From a virus, in IMG/VR virus record IMGVR_UViG_3300028833_000004: 64,000 nt of DNA. One strand, written 5' to 3'. The stretch's first letter is position 1. Every line of letters starts with the position of its first letter. Positions 6,668-15,461 of this stretch are shown in pieces. Made by a program: the position numbers and the translations under genes. The notes beneath the pieces were generated by a model that saw nothing but the letters and a program-made list of their open reading frames with translations, did not search any database and was not told the origin of the DNA.

Positions 6668-6723
6668 GATTACTTAATTGGGGTTAAGTAATCAGAACTC
6701 TCCCCTGAAATATGGGGAGAGTT
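6668..6723. terminator. tandem perfect hairpins at the 3' end of the - strand gene (possible terminator)
   Basis: GATTACTTAA (6668-6677) pairs with TTAAGTAATC (6684-6693). AACTCTCCCC (6696-6705) pairs with GGGGAGAGTT (6714-6723). The second hairpin abuts the stop of 6724..7476. T-runs are weak. Confidence 0.5.
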
Positions 6724-7476
6724 TTATAAAACTATATCTTGAAAATTAACTTTATTTTCTTGTATATGTTTTACCAGTGCATTAATTGTTTTAGATTGAT
6801 GTTCTAACTTCTCTTGTAATTGTTTATATTTAAGAGATAAATCATCATGTTCTGATTGTAGAGATTCAATTTTAGAATCTGTTTCTAAGAATTTAAGAGC
6901 AATAGTATTGGCGAATTCATTAAAATTATATATTCGCTGGTAATTACATTCTAAATCAGTATGCCCATTATCTGGGATTTTTACCAATATATTTTTATCT
7001 TCTAAGGATTTCTCATATTTTTGTAAAGTTCTGGGATCTATATTGAGATAATTTGCTAATTGTTTATTACTATATGTAATAATTCCATTTTGTGCAACTG
7101 GATCTTTAAACATAAATTGTTGACTCATTACAATCATCGACTTATCTCTAGAGGATAAATTAGAATCATTTAGAAAATCAAAAGAAAATATTTCAAATTT
7201 ATTATAATCATTAAAGGTATATATAGAAGATGTGCCAGGTCTCTTAGTTATATTAATATATCCTGCATTTTCTAACCTTTTAAGTCCATTTAAAATAGTT
7301 TTTCTATCTAATTCGGAATCTTTTACAATAGTGGAAATTTGTGGATATGCCTGTTTTGTTTCTAAATTCATATATTTTTTAATACAGGCATAGATATAGG
7401 GATCATTTAGTGTTAATCCTTGCTTTTTTAAATCCATATTTGGGATTTGTACGTGCTGTTTTGATAATTCATTCAT
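6724..7476 (-). CDS. double winged-helix DNA-binding protein (putative replication initiator or early regulator)
   Basis: Two wHTH-like segments: YPQISTIVKDSELDRKTILNGLKRLENAGYINITKR and ITYSNKQLANYLNIDPRTLQKYEKSLEDKNILVKI. The C-terminus is coiled-coil. It is the only - strand gene of the early arm and is divergent from the iteron cluster. Confidence 0.5.
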   Translation of the reverse strand: MNELSKQHVQIPNMDLKKQGLTLNDPYIYACIKKYMNLETKQAYPQISTIVKDSELDRKTILNGLKRLENAGYINITKRPGTSSIYTFNDYNKFEIFSFDFLNDSNLSSRDKSMIVMSQQFMFKDPVAQNGIITYSNKQLANYLNIDPRTLQKYEKSLEDKNILVKIPDNGHTDLECNYQRIYNFNEFANTIALKFLETDSKIESLQSEHDDLSLKYKQLQEKLEHQSKTINALVKHIQENKVNFQDIVL

Positions 7477-7640
7477 AATAACTTTTATTTTTTACAAAAT
7501 TACTAAAATATAAATATATAAAAAAGATAATGTTATTATTTTTAAAATAATCTAAAGAAGTTATTATTATTGCATAAATGTAATTAGGTAGTGTAATTTT
7601 TGTAATTATATTGGGAATTAAATAAACTTATTGGTATTGG

Positions 7641-7724
7641 TATACAAATTCGATACTACCCTATGCAAATTCGATACTACCCCCCTATGCAAAATTGGTA
7701 CTACCCTATGCAAAATTGGTACTC
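7641..7724 (+). repeat. four tandem ~21-nt iterons
   Basis: The four units are TATACAAATTCGATACTACC, CTATGCAAATTCGATACTACCC, CCTATGCAAAATTGGTACTACC and CTATGCAAAATTGGTACTCT. They sit in a very AT-rich divergent intergenic region. Confidence 0.85.
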
Positions 7725-7846
7725 TAACTATACTTATATATACTTATATAACTATACTTAACCGGCTAAGCCGGAACCTAGCCTCGAAATGTACAATAAT
7801 TGTACAAAAGAGGGCTACCATATGGTAAAAATAGAGCTGGGTCAAT

Positions 7847-7919
7847 GCCGCAATAGCTCAATGGATAGAGCAACTGACTTCTAATCAGTAGGTTGTAAGT
7901 TCGATTCTTACTTGCGGTA
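7847..7919 (+). tRNA. tRNA-Arg (anticodon TCT)
   Basis: The cloverleaf can be drawn by hand. Acceptor: GCCGCAA/TTGCGGT (G1-U72). D-arm: GCTC-AATGGATA-GAGC. Anticodon arm: ACTGA-CTTCTAA-TCAGT. T-arm: GTAAG-TTCGATT-CTTAC. Discriminator: A. Confidence 0.85.
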
Positions 7920-7990
7920 CTAGGGAGAGAGGAGTATCTCCACCCTCAAACACTCCCAACTGCTTACTAATCAGTTAAATATATTTTTTT

Positions 7991-8067
7991 ATGAGGTGAA
8001 CATTAGTATAACGTGTGTGCTTTTTTTGTTTTCATGTTTTTAGCTATCTATACTAATGTCACCTCAT
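7991..8067. terminator. long inverted repeat flanked by T-runs (bidirectional terminator candidate)
   Basis: ATGAGGTGAACATTAGTATA (7991-8010) pairs with TATACTAATGTCACCTCAT (8049-8067) over 19 bp with one bulge. T-runs lie on both sides. Confidence 0.6.
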
Positions 8068-8107
8068 TTCTTTTTTATGAACAGACTTAATATTAATATA
8101 TAAAATC

Positions 8108-8263
8108 ATGAAACCTATAATGATTCTTTTGCTTGTTTTATTTATTTTAACAAGTACATTTGGATTAGTTAATTTCAACTTTAATCCTAAACAAGAATTT
8201 CTTATACTCTTAATTATAGGATTATTTGGAACATTATTATCAATATTTTATTTTATGTTATGA
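8108..8263 (+). CDS. small membrane protein (51 aa)
   Basis: Translates as MKPIMILLLVLFILTSTFGL...LILLIIGLFGTLLSIFYFML. Its stop overlaps ATG 8260 of the next gene. Confidence 0.45.
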   Translation: MKPIMILLLVLFILTSTFGLVNFNFNPKQEFLILLIIGLFGTLLSIFYFML

Positions 8264-8592
8264 CAAACCAACAACTAGCCCGGAGAGAGAAACTTCGTAA
8301 AGTTATGAATTGTTACATTCTAACTGAAAACCAAACTCTGAGTACTCTTACTCAGTTTGTAGATTATGCTTTTATCTATAAATTAAAGCAATTAGGCTAT
8401 TTAATGAATAATGGCCGACTTCTTCGTTGGGTTAATAGAGAATTTTTATCAAATGTTGAGAGAAATTCTGAATTTATTATCCTACGTGGATGGGATGGAA
8501 TCAGCAAATTGCCAAAACTCGGAGAACCTAAATTACTCCAAGAATTTACTAATCAAGAATTAATGAATGAACTTTTAAGAAGATTATGCTAA
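8260..8592 (+). CDS. hypothetical protein
   Basis: 110-aa ORF in the packed + strand operon. Confidence 0.6.
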   Translation: MTNQQLARREKLRKVMNCYILTENQTLSTLTQFVDYAFIYKLKQLGYLMNNGRLLRWVNREFLSNVERNSEFIILRGWDGISKLPKLGEPKLLQEFTNQELMNELLRRLC

Positions 8593-8879
8593 ACACCTAC
8601 ATTAACGAGGGAAAACGCACTATAGTTGTAGTCCTCACAGAAGGTAATTTATCATTTGTTGGAAAAGCAAAATGCTCTCCAAATGATATTTTTGACGAAT
8701 CCAAAGGTAAGAAGATTGCTCTTAAAAGAGCACAAATCAAATTCTACAAGCACTTGAAGCAAATGAATTCTATTCGAATATCTATGCTTAATGGAGCAAT
8801 TAATCAATTACAAGTCGAAAAAGAAAAGTTTGGCTCCAAAATCCAAAAACTGGAACAACAACTTAAAGAATTAAATTAA
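8586..8879 (+). CDS. hypothetical protein (conserved-looking GKAKCSPNDIFDESKGKKIALKRA segment)
   Basis: 97-aa ORF that overlaps the upstream stop. The C-terminus is coiled-coil. Confidence 0.6.
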   Translation: MLNTYINEGKRTIVVVLTEGNLSFVGKAKCSPNDIFDESKGKKIALKRAQIKFYKHLKQMNSIRISMLNGAINQLQVEKEKFGSKIQKLEQQLKELN

Positions 8880-8899
8880 CTTTTTAAATATTTAAAAAC

Positions 8900-9136
8900 A
8901 TGGAACAAAACATTATTAATGTCTATGTAACCAAGAGAGGTATACGTAGAGTGTTGTCCTGCGATTACGACGGACAAAATGAAGTTGATATTATTTTCGA
9001 ACTATCGAAACCCGATCAACAAGTGTATAACTATATTAATCTTAATAGAAAAGAAGCACTGTGTCTTCTTTTCGAATTGTTAAGACAATTACTTCCTGGT
9101 AGTTTTCTTATTAAAAAGAAAAATCAAACTACTTAA
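8900..9136 (+). CDS. hypothetical protein
   Basis: 78-aa ORF followed by a terminator. Confidence 0.55.
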   Translation: MEQNIINVYVTKRGIRRVLSCDYDGQNEVDIIFELSKPDQQVYNYINLNRKEALCLLFELLRQLLPGSFLIKKKNQTT

Positions 9137-9144
9137 CTATCATA

Positions 9145-9179
9145 ACACACCTGTTCGTGAGAATGGGTGTGTTTTTTTT
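9145..9179 (+). terminator. intrinsic terminator
   Basis: ACACACC (9145-9151) pairs with GGTGTGT (9166-9172), followed by a T-run to 9179. Confidence 0.75.
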
Positions 9180-9199
9180 AACTAGTAAAAAAATATAAA

Positions 9200-10174
9200 A
9201 TGAAAATATTAACAGAAAGAGATGTGAATAAGCATGGCTGGGGTATAGTATCGGTAATTACATCCGACATGCTAGAGAAATATGGGTATACACAAATTGG
9301 AGATTATGCTTTTTGGGGCGATGATCTTGAATCAATCATAATACCTAATAGTATAACAAAAATTGGAATTGGCGCGTTCAGAAATTGTCCTAAACTGACT
9401 TCAGTAACAATCCCCAATAGTGTAACAATTATTGACTCTAGGGCTTTTTTAAATTGTAGTAATTTAACCTCAATCAAGATTCCAAATAGTGTAACAGGTA
9501 TTGGTATACATGCTTTTAATGGTTGTTCTAATTTAACTTCAATAGTAGTAGAAGCAGATAATCCAAATTATGATAGTAGAAACAATTGCAATGCTATAAT
9601 AGAGACTGCTACAAACACTCTTATCGCTGGTTGTAAAAATACAATTATTCCCAATAGTGTAACAAATATTGGAAGTTTTGCCTTCTATAGCTGTGATGAT
9701 TTGACATCTATAATAATTCCCGATAATGTAATTAGCATTGGAGATGATGCTTTCTGCAAAACAGGTTTGAAATCCATATCTATTCCAAATAGTGTTACAA
9801 GCATTGGATATTGTGCTTTTAAGGATTGTAAAATTAACATACCTAAAAAATATGATAGTCTGGGTAGACTAATTGCATATAAAGGATTTGATTCTAAGAT
9901 GCAATGTTATGATCATTTTCAATACATTGAAGGACATACTTATAAAACTTCTGAAGCTATATTATGTGAATGCGGATTCCACGCTTGTACTAATCCCTTA
10001 GATATATTTTCTTATTATTTCGGAAGAATAAATAAAAATGTATATATACATGAGGTATATCTTGATGATGTAAGTACTGAAAAGGGTACGGATAGTAAGG
10101 TTGTATCTAAGAAAATAACTATTGGTCGAAGATTAACCATTGAAGACATAAACAATATAATACAAGAAAAATAA
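9200..10174 (+). CDS. BspA-type leucine-rich-repeat protein with conserved Cys/His C-terminal domain (array copy 1)
   Basis: Repeats of about 23 aa with the pattern LTSIxIPNSVTxIGxxAFxxCxx. The C-terminal part reads [34 protein letters not shown]. Confidence 0.8.
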   Translation: MKILTERDVNKHGWGIVSVITSDMLEKYGYTQIGDYAFWGDDLESIIIPNSITKIGIGAFRNCPKLTSVTIPNSVTIIDSRAFLNCSNLTSIKIPNSVTGIGIHAFNGCSNLTSIVVEADNPNYDSRNNCNAIIETATNTLIAGCKNTIIPNSVTNIGSFAFYSCDDLTSIIIPDNVISIGDDAFCKTGLKSISIPNSVTSIGYCAFKDCKINIPKKYDSLGRLIAYKGFDSKMQCYDHFQYIEGHTYKTSEAILCECGFHACTNPLDIFSYYFGRINKNVYIHEVYLDDVSTEKGTDSKVVSKKITIGRRLTIEDINNIIQEK

Positions 10175-10221
10175 AAAAACATTTGTATAATTCAAAAACA
10201 AAGTAAAAAAAATAAACAAAC

Positions 10222-11070
10222 ATGAAAACATTAACACAAAATAGTGTAATTGAACACGGATGGGATAAATTATCAGTTATAACGGCTGATATGATAGAAA
10301 AATATAGGTATACACAAATTGGGAAAAATGCTTTTAATCATTGCCATAGCCTTACCTCAATTACTATACCTAATAGTGTAACAACCATTGGACTTTATGC
10401 TTTCTATGATTGCACTAATCTTACCTTAATAACCATTCCAAATAGTGTAACAAAAATTGGGGATTATGCTTTCTATAATTGCCGTAGTCTTACCTCAATA
10501 ACAATACCAAATAGTGTAATAGCCATTGGGTGTTGGACTTTTTATAGATGTAATAATCTTACCTCAATTACTATTCCAAATAGTGTAACATACATTGGAA
10601 ATGGTGCTTTCTATCATTGCAGTAATCTTACCTCTATAATCATACCTAATAGTGTAACAACCATTGAAGATGATGCTTTTGCTGATTGTGGAATAAACCT
10701 GCCTAAAAAATACGATAATCAAGGTAGGTTAATTGCATATAAGGGATTTGATAAACACATGCAATGTCGTGGTTTTCAATACATTGAGGGTGAAACCTAC
10801 GAAACAGATAAAGCTAAGTTATGTGTATGTGGTTTTCATGCTTGTACAAATCCTCTTGACATATTTAACTATTATGCTGGTGAAATAAATAATAAAATGT
10901 TTATTCACGAAGTGTATCTTGAAGATGTAAGTGGTGAGGAAAAAAATGATAGTAAAGTAGTTAGTAAGAAAATAACCATAGGTCGAAGATTAACAATTGA
11001 AGATATTAATAATATATTACAAGATGAAAGAGTTAACACGAGACAATGTAACCAAACATGGATGGAATGA
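10222..11070 (+). CDS. BspA-type LRR protein (array copy 2)
   Basis: Same architecture as copy 1. Its 3' end reads through the start codon of copy 3, giving a 47-nt overlap. Confidence 0.8.
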   Translation: MKTLTQNSVIEHGWDKLSVITADMIEKYRYTQIGKNAFNHCHSLTSITIPNSVTTIGLYAFYDCTNLTLITIPNSVTKIGDYAFYNCRSLTSITIPNSVIAIGCWTFYRCNNLTSITIPNSVTYIGNGAFYHCSNLTSIIIPNSVTTIEDDAFADCGINLPKKYDNQGRLIAYKGFDKHMQCRGFQYIEGETYETDKAKLCVCGFHACTNPLDIFNYYAGEINNKMFIHEVYLEDVSGEEKNDSKVVSKKITIGRRLTIEDINNILQDERVNTRQCNQTWME

Positions 11071-11845
11071 ACTATCGGTTATTACAGCCGATATGATAAA
11101 GGAATATGGCTATACTTCTATTGGAGAATACGCTTTCTATAATTGTAAAAATCTAGTTTCAATAACCTTACCAAATAGTATAACGAATATTAGAAGAAGT
11201 GCTTTTTTTAATTGTTATAAATTAGCCTTTATAACAATTCCTAATAGTGTAATCAGTATTGGAAATTATGCTTTCACATTTTGTCACAGCTTGACTTCGG
11301 TTATTATTCCTAATAGCGTAATAAATATTGGAAATAATGCATTCACTGGTTGTAATAGTCTAACCTCAGTCACAATTGGTAATGGTACAACAGGCATTGG
11401 AGATTGTACTTTTGCTTTTTGCAATAATCTTATTTCTATTATCATTCCTAATAGTATAAAAATTATTGGATTTCGTGCTTTTGGAGGTTGTAAAATAAAG
11501 TTGCCTAAAAAATATGATGCCCAAGGTAGATTAATTGCTTACAAAGGATTTAATAAAAACATGCAGTGTCGTAATTTTCAATATGCGGAAGGACAAACTT
11601 ATGAGACATACAAGGCGGAATTGTGTAAATGTGGCTTCCATGCCTGTACTAATCCTCTTGATGTATTTACTTATTATGCAGGTGAAATAGGTAAAGATAT
11701 GTTTATCCATGAAGTATATCTTGAAGAAGTGAATGATGAAGAAGATAGTGATAGCAAGATAGTTGCTAATAAAATAACTATTGGTAAACGTTTAACAATC
11801 AAAGATATTAATAAAATTATACAAAATGAAAATATTAACAGATGA
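11024..11845 (+). CDS. BspA-type LRR protein (array copy 3)
   Basis: I place the start at ATG 11024 ([14 protein letters not shown]), which aligns with the N-termini of the other copies. Same architecture. Confidence 0.8.
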   Translation: MKELTRDNVTKHGWNELSVITADMIKEYGYTSIGEYAFYNCKNLVSITLPNSITNIRRSAFFNCYKLAFITIPNSVISIGNYAFTFCHSLTSVIIPNSVINIGNNAFTGCNSLTSVTIGNGTTGIGDCTFAFCNNLISIIIPNSIKIIGFRAFGGCKIKLPKKYDAQGRLIAYKGFNKNMQCRNFQYAEGQTYETYKAELCKCGFHACTNPLDVFTYYAGEIGKDMFIHEVYLEEVNDEEDSDSKIVANKITIGKRLTIKDINKIIQNENINR

Positions 11846-12571
11846 TGAGGTAATTAAAAATGAATGGAATAAAAAGTCCATTATCACCTCCCATATGATA
11901 GAAAAATATGGATACACACAAATTGGAGATCATGCTTTTTTATTTGCCACAATCTTACCTCTATAACTCTTCCAGATAATATAACTAGTATTGAAGCTTA
12001 TGCTTTCTATGGTTGTAACAGGCTGACTTCGGTCACAATTGGCAATAGAGTAACAAGTATTGGAAAGTGTGCATTCGGAAATTGTAAAAAGCTTGCATCT
12101 ATAAATATACCAAATAGTATAATAAGTATTGGAGATTATGCTTTCCATGATTGCTATGGGCTTACTTCGATTGTTATATCAAATAATGTAACAAATATTG
12201 GATGTGGTGCGTTTAGAACAGGTAAATTAATAATTCCTTTAAAAAAATATGATAATCTAGGCAGGTTAATTGCTTATAAAGGTTTTCGTAGAGATATGAC
12301 TTGTCTTGGTTTTCAATACGAAGAGGGAAAGACCTTCGAAACAAATAGAGCAAAGTTATGCGAGTGTGGATTTCATGCTTGTATCAACCCATTGGATGTT
12401 TTCAATTACTATTATGGGAAAATAAATGAAGATATAGTTATTCATGAAGTATATCTTGAGGGCGTATCAGAAGATTTAAGCCCATTTTTATATGATAGTA
12501 AGGTCGTTGCAAAGAAAATCACTATTGGCAAAAGATTGTCTATAGAAGACATTAATAAAATTATACAATAA
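11826..12571 (+). pseudogene. BspA-type LRR protein (array copy 4) interrupted by a 1-nt frameshift in a T6 run
   Basis: The ATG 11826 frame ([14 protein letters not shown]...GDHAF) stops at TAA 11964-66. The homologous LRR and C-terminal domain continue in the +2 frame from about 11936 to 12571. Confidence 0.7.
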
Positions 12572-12581
12572 AATAAAAATT

Positions 12582-12980
12582 ATGTGTTTACTAGATACTA
12601 AAAGAATAAGATTTACAATCTTCCCAAAAAAAGTATATAAGATCGTATATGTTGAGGATGGGTGTTATTATTCTCCTTACAGATGTATCGATGTTAAACT
12701 AATGCAGGTGCAATATCCATACTTTAAAAATGTAGAACCATCTGTATTACACGGTGAAACAGAACTTTATGAATTCGGAGATGGATTTGTATTTGGATAT
12801 ACTGATTTAATAGAAGCTATATATGCGAAACACAATCTTGAAAGACAACATCCAAGATTTGAATATGTAATAATAAAAGGTATAATACCTCCATTTACAA
12901 GATATGCTCGTGAAGACCGTTATCCTCTATCCGAAGTATGTGCTAGAAAAATGTTTTGGTATAAAGTGTTAGGAAGATAA
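12582..12980 (+). CDS. hypothetical protein
   Basis: 132-aa ORF in the packed operon. Confidence 0.6.
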   Translation: MCLLDTKRIRFTIFPKKVYKIVYVEDGCYYSPYRCIDVKLMQVQYPYFKNVEPSVLHGETELYEFGDGFVFGYTDLIEAIYAKHNLERQHPRFEYVIIKGIIPPFTRYAREDRYPLSEVCARKMFWYKVLGR

Positions 12981-13018
12981 ATAACATTTGAAAACTAAAT
13001 AATAAAAGTAGTACTATA

Positions 13019-13270
13019 ATGAACAGATATATTGAACATAACAGAATAACTGAAAAGTGTCGAGGTTTTACATTTACATTTTTACAACCACGCCGATCAA
13101 TTTCTTATGGAGAAAATTATCTGATTAGAAAAGAAAGATTCAGAACAGATAGATCTGCTCTTATTGAGGTTTGGAGTGTATATAAAAATAATATATCTCT
13201 TGAAATATTCAAGACAAAGAAAGCAGCTGAAGAATATGTAAAAAGTAAAAATGAGTATGGAAATCAATAA
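13019..13270 (+). CDS. hypothetical protein
   Basis: 83-aa ORF in the packed operon. Confidence 0.55.
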   Translation: MNRYIEHNRITEKCRGFTFTFLQPRRSISYGENYLIRKERFRTDRSALIEVWSVYKNNISLEIFKTKKAAEEYVKSKNEYGNQ

Positions 13271-13970
13271 ACAATTATTTGAAGATGTTCTTTCAGGCAA
13301 ATTTAAAGGTACATTTGTGTTAAGAAATGAAGCAGTATACTCTTCCAATGATTTGCATAGAAATTATGGAACACTTAAACTCATGTATCCTTATAAGATA
13401 GGTTCTGTATCTTTTACACAAAGAGGATTATTTCTTTTAGGTGGTACATCTGCCTGTGATATTATTGATTTTAAACCAGATAAAAATATGAAAGAAAATG
13501 AATTGACAATCGAAATCCCAGACAACAAGGCTGTAGACTGGGAGGAATCCAAGAAACAAAACAAGATTATTTTAAAAGATAAGCAATTGACTTATGAGGA
13601 TGTTTGTAAGAAATATTTAAAAAACGACTTTTATTTTATAAGACCTAACGGTAGTATAGGTTATCTTTCAGATGCTCGTATTACACCCAATTGTTCAAAG
13701 ACTCAACATCAACTTGAATGCATTCTTGCAAAAAACAAACTTGCTAATATTGCATTATTCCTTAATGATGGTTGGAAACCATTATTTGATAGTAACATTT
13801 TTTTATTGAGACAAACATCAACAGGGGTTTCGGTATTTGAAGCTATGAATGGTAGCTGTGCATCTGATTGTGGTAGTATTTGGTTCAAATCTGAAGAACT
13901 TGCTAAACAAGCAATAGAAATTCTTGGAGAGAAAACTGTTAAACTTGCATTAAAACCTTTAGGAATATGA
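13251..13970 (+). CDS. hypothetical protein (C-terminal half distantly resembles the METxELKI family)
   Basis: 239-aa ORF. LTIEIPDNKAVDWEESKK...FKSEELAKQAIEILG parallels 14221..14733. Confidence 0.6.
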   Translation: MSMEINKQLFEDVLSGKFKGTFVLRNEAVYSSNDLHRNYGTLKLMYPYKIGSVSFTQRGLFLLGGTSACDIIDFKPDKNMKENELTIEIPDNKAVDWEESKKQNKIILKDKQLTYEDVCKKYLKNDFYFIRPNGSIGYLSDARITPNCSKTQHQLECILAKNKLANIALFLNDGWKPLFDSNIFLLRQTSTGVSVFEAMNGSCASDCGSIWFKSEELAKQAIEILGEKTVKLALKPLGI

Positions 13971-14239
13971 TATTAGTATTAGTAATTGTCTTTATGCTAT
14001 GGTCTTTTGGATTGTCTTTAATATGGATCTATCTTTTATCTGATGAATTTGAAGACAGCTTAGGTATATTTGGCGTCTTACTTATAGTAATAAGTGTAAT
14101 TATAGCTTTTTATCAGTTCTCAACAACACTAAATGAAAAAGATATTCTTACAGGTGAGGCAATTTACCAAGAAGATTTACATATTATTGATAATGATACA
14201 ATAAAAACTTATGAAATTATATGGAAACAAAAGAATTAA
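13967..14239 (+). CDS. small membrane protein (family with C-terminal TxKTYxIIWKQxN)
   Basis: Two hydrophobic segments. It is a paralog of 19227..19511. Confidence 0.6.
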   Translation: MILVLVIVFMLWSFGLSLIWIYLLSDEFEDSLGIFGVLLIVISVIIAFYQFSTTLNEKDILTGEAIYQEDLHIIDNDTIKTYEIIWKQKN

Positions 14240-14733
14240 AAATTGAAATTCCCACTGGATATGTTATTGACGAAAGCAAGTCAACTTTCGAAAAAATAGT
14301 CTTTAAAAAGAAAGATACTAAACCAAGAAGTTGGGAGGATTATTGTAAACAAGAACATCATGATAAACATGATGGTTATTATATAAATAATGGTTCTCGC
14401 ATATTCTCAGTAAATTGGGGAAACGTACAAGTAAACCGCACAGACTATTTAAATTATTCTAGAAATATTTTACCTTCTAAAGAATTAGCAGCAGTATTTT
14501 TAGCTATGATGCAACTCATGGCATTGAGACAATCGTGGATAGGAGATTGGAAAGCTGATTTTAGTAATTCTAATCAATGTAAATGGTGTATAGTAATAGA
14601 TAATAATCGAATAATTGATAGAGAGTCATTTTATGGGCGCTCTCATCCGTTATCTTTTCCAACAGAAGAAATGGCTATTGATTTTATTGACACATTTAAA
14701 GATTTAATAGAAATCGCTAAACCCCTGATATAA
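14221..14733 (+). CDS. hypothetical protein, METxELKI family
   Basis: Paralog of 19493..19984. Shared segments: METKELKIEIPTGY, PRSWEDYCKQ, MQLMALRQSWIGDW and SFPTEEMAIDFIDTFKDLIEIAKPLI. Confidence 0.65.
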   Translation: METKELKIEIPTGYVIDESKSTFEKIVFKKKDTKPRSWEDYCKQEHHDKHDGYYINNGSRIFSVNWGNVQVNRTDYLNYSRNILPSKELAAVFLAMMQLMALRQSWIGDWKADFSNSNQCKWCIVIDNNRIIDRESFYGRSHPLSFPTEEMAIDFIDTFKDLIEIAKPLI

Positions 14734-14898
14734 TGAAGTATAAAAAGCAAATACAAAACAAAGAATCAAGAATAAAAAATTGGGAAGTCAATCTTGCCAA
14801 AGATTCAGGTTATAGAAAACCAGGTAGTAATAAGAAATAATTCTATTTTTTACAAAAGCTAATATGCATATCCATAATTTTTATGGTATGTTAAAACG

Positions 14899-14930
14899 CC
14901 CTTAGGATATTGATTTATCCTAAGGGTTCT
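14899..14930 (+). terminator. hairpin terminator (homologous to 20000-20027)
   Basis: CCCTTAGGATA (14899-14909) pairs perfectly with TATCCTAAGGG (14916-14926). The loop is TTGATT. Confidence 0.6.
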
Positions 14931-14965
14931 AATTAAATATAAATTTTTATAAAAATTTTTAAATT

Positions 14966-15457
14966 ATGGCAGCAATAGACAAGATTTACATTAAAGATTA
15001 TTACACCTTTGATAGATTTCGTTTATGGTGTATAGCTCATAAACCAACTCTTTTATATCATTTTTATAAATGGAATATGACTGAAAAAGAGTGGGATGAG
15101 TTAAAAGAACACTATTATGAAAATAGTAAGAAGAATAGTGATCATGCCTATGATCGTTGTAGTTGTTTCGAATCATTAAGAAAATACTATGACTCTTTTT
15201 TGTTAGAATGTCCAGATAGTAGTAAAGTTTCTGATGAACAGGTTAAAAGAGAAGTATCATATTATCTTAGGGATAGAGTACAACTCCAAGATAAAGAAAC
15301 TTGGACTGAGAATTACCCCATTCCTATAACTAATTTTTCTTGTGAAGAAGATAAATATCTTTTATGGCATTGTCCTATTAAAGAAATTCGAGAATATTTA
15401 CATGAACAATGTGGATATAAAGAAAAATGGTATTATAAGTTATTTTTTAAATACTAA
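14966..15457 (+). CDS. hypothetical protein
   Basis: 163-aa ORF. Confidence 0.6.
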   Translation: MAAIDKIYIKDYYTFDRFRLWCIAHKPTLLYHFYKWNMTEKEWDELKEHYYENSKKNSDHAYDRCSCFESLRKYYDSFLLECPDSSKVSDEQVKREVSYYLRDRVQLQDKETWTENYPIPITNFSCEEDKYLLWHCPIKEIREYLHEQCGYKEKWYYKLFFKY

Positions 15458-15461
15458 TAAT

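Noticed and set aside
1-6723. The left 6.7 kb is host chromosome (a prophage junction)
   Set aside because: It has no housekeeping or integrase genes and no att-like direct repeat at the boundary. An AT-rich phage-style cassette is interleaved at 3582-4601. This cannot be fully excluded without the flanking sequence.
7641-7724. CRISPR array (here, or at 18382-18603, or the A/B repeats)
   Set aside because: The units are contiguous with no unique spacers. The periods (21 nt and 6 nt) are wrong. The A/B modules occur only twice each. No cas genes are present.
7631-7828. 65-aa ORF over the iterons
   Set aside because: Its peptide (…DTTLCKFDTTPLCKIGTTLCKIGT…) is just the translated tandem repeat. 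It lies in an intergenic control region.
7847-7919. Could the only tRNA in the window be the amber suppressor needed for TAG recoding?
   Set aside because: The anticodon loop reads CTTCTAA, so the anticodon is TCT (Arg, AGA). It is not CTA. It is more likely codon-usage compensation for an AT-rich genome.
11930-12148. 72-aa - strand ORF inside LRR copy 4
   Set aside because: It is antisense to a frame that clearly encodes LRR units homologous to copies 1-3.
9200-12571. Diversity-generating retroelement targeting the LRR array
   Set aside because: There is no reverse transcriptase in the window, and no template/variable repeat pair with adenine-specific mismatches.
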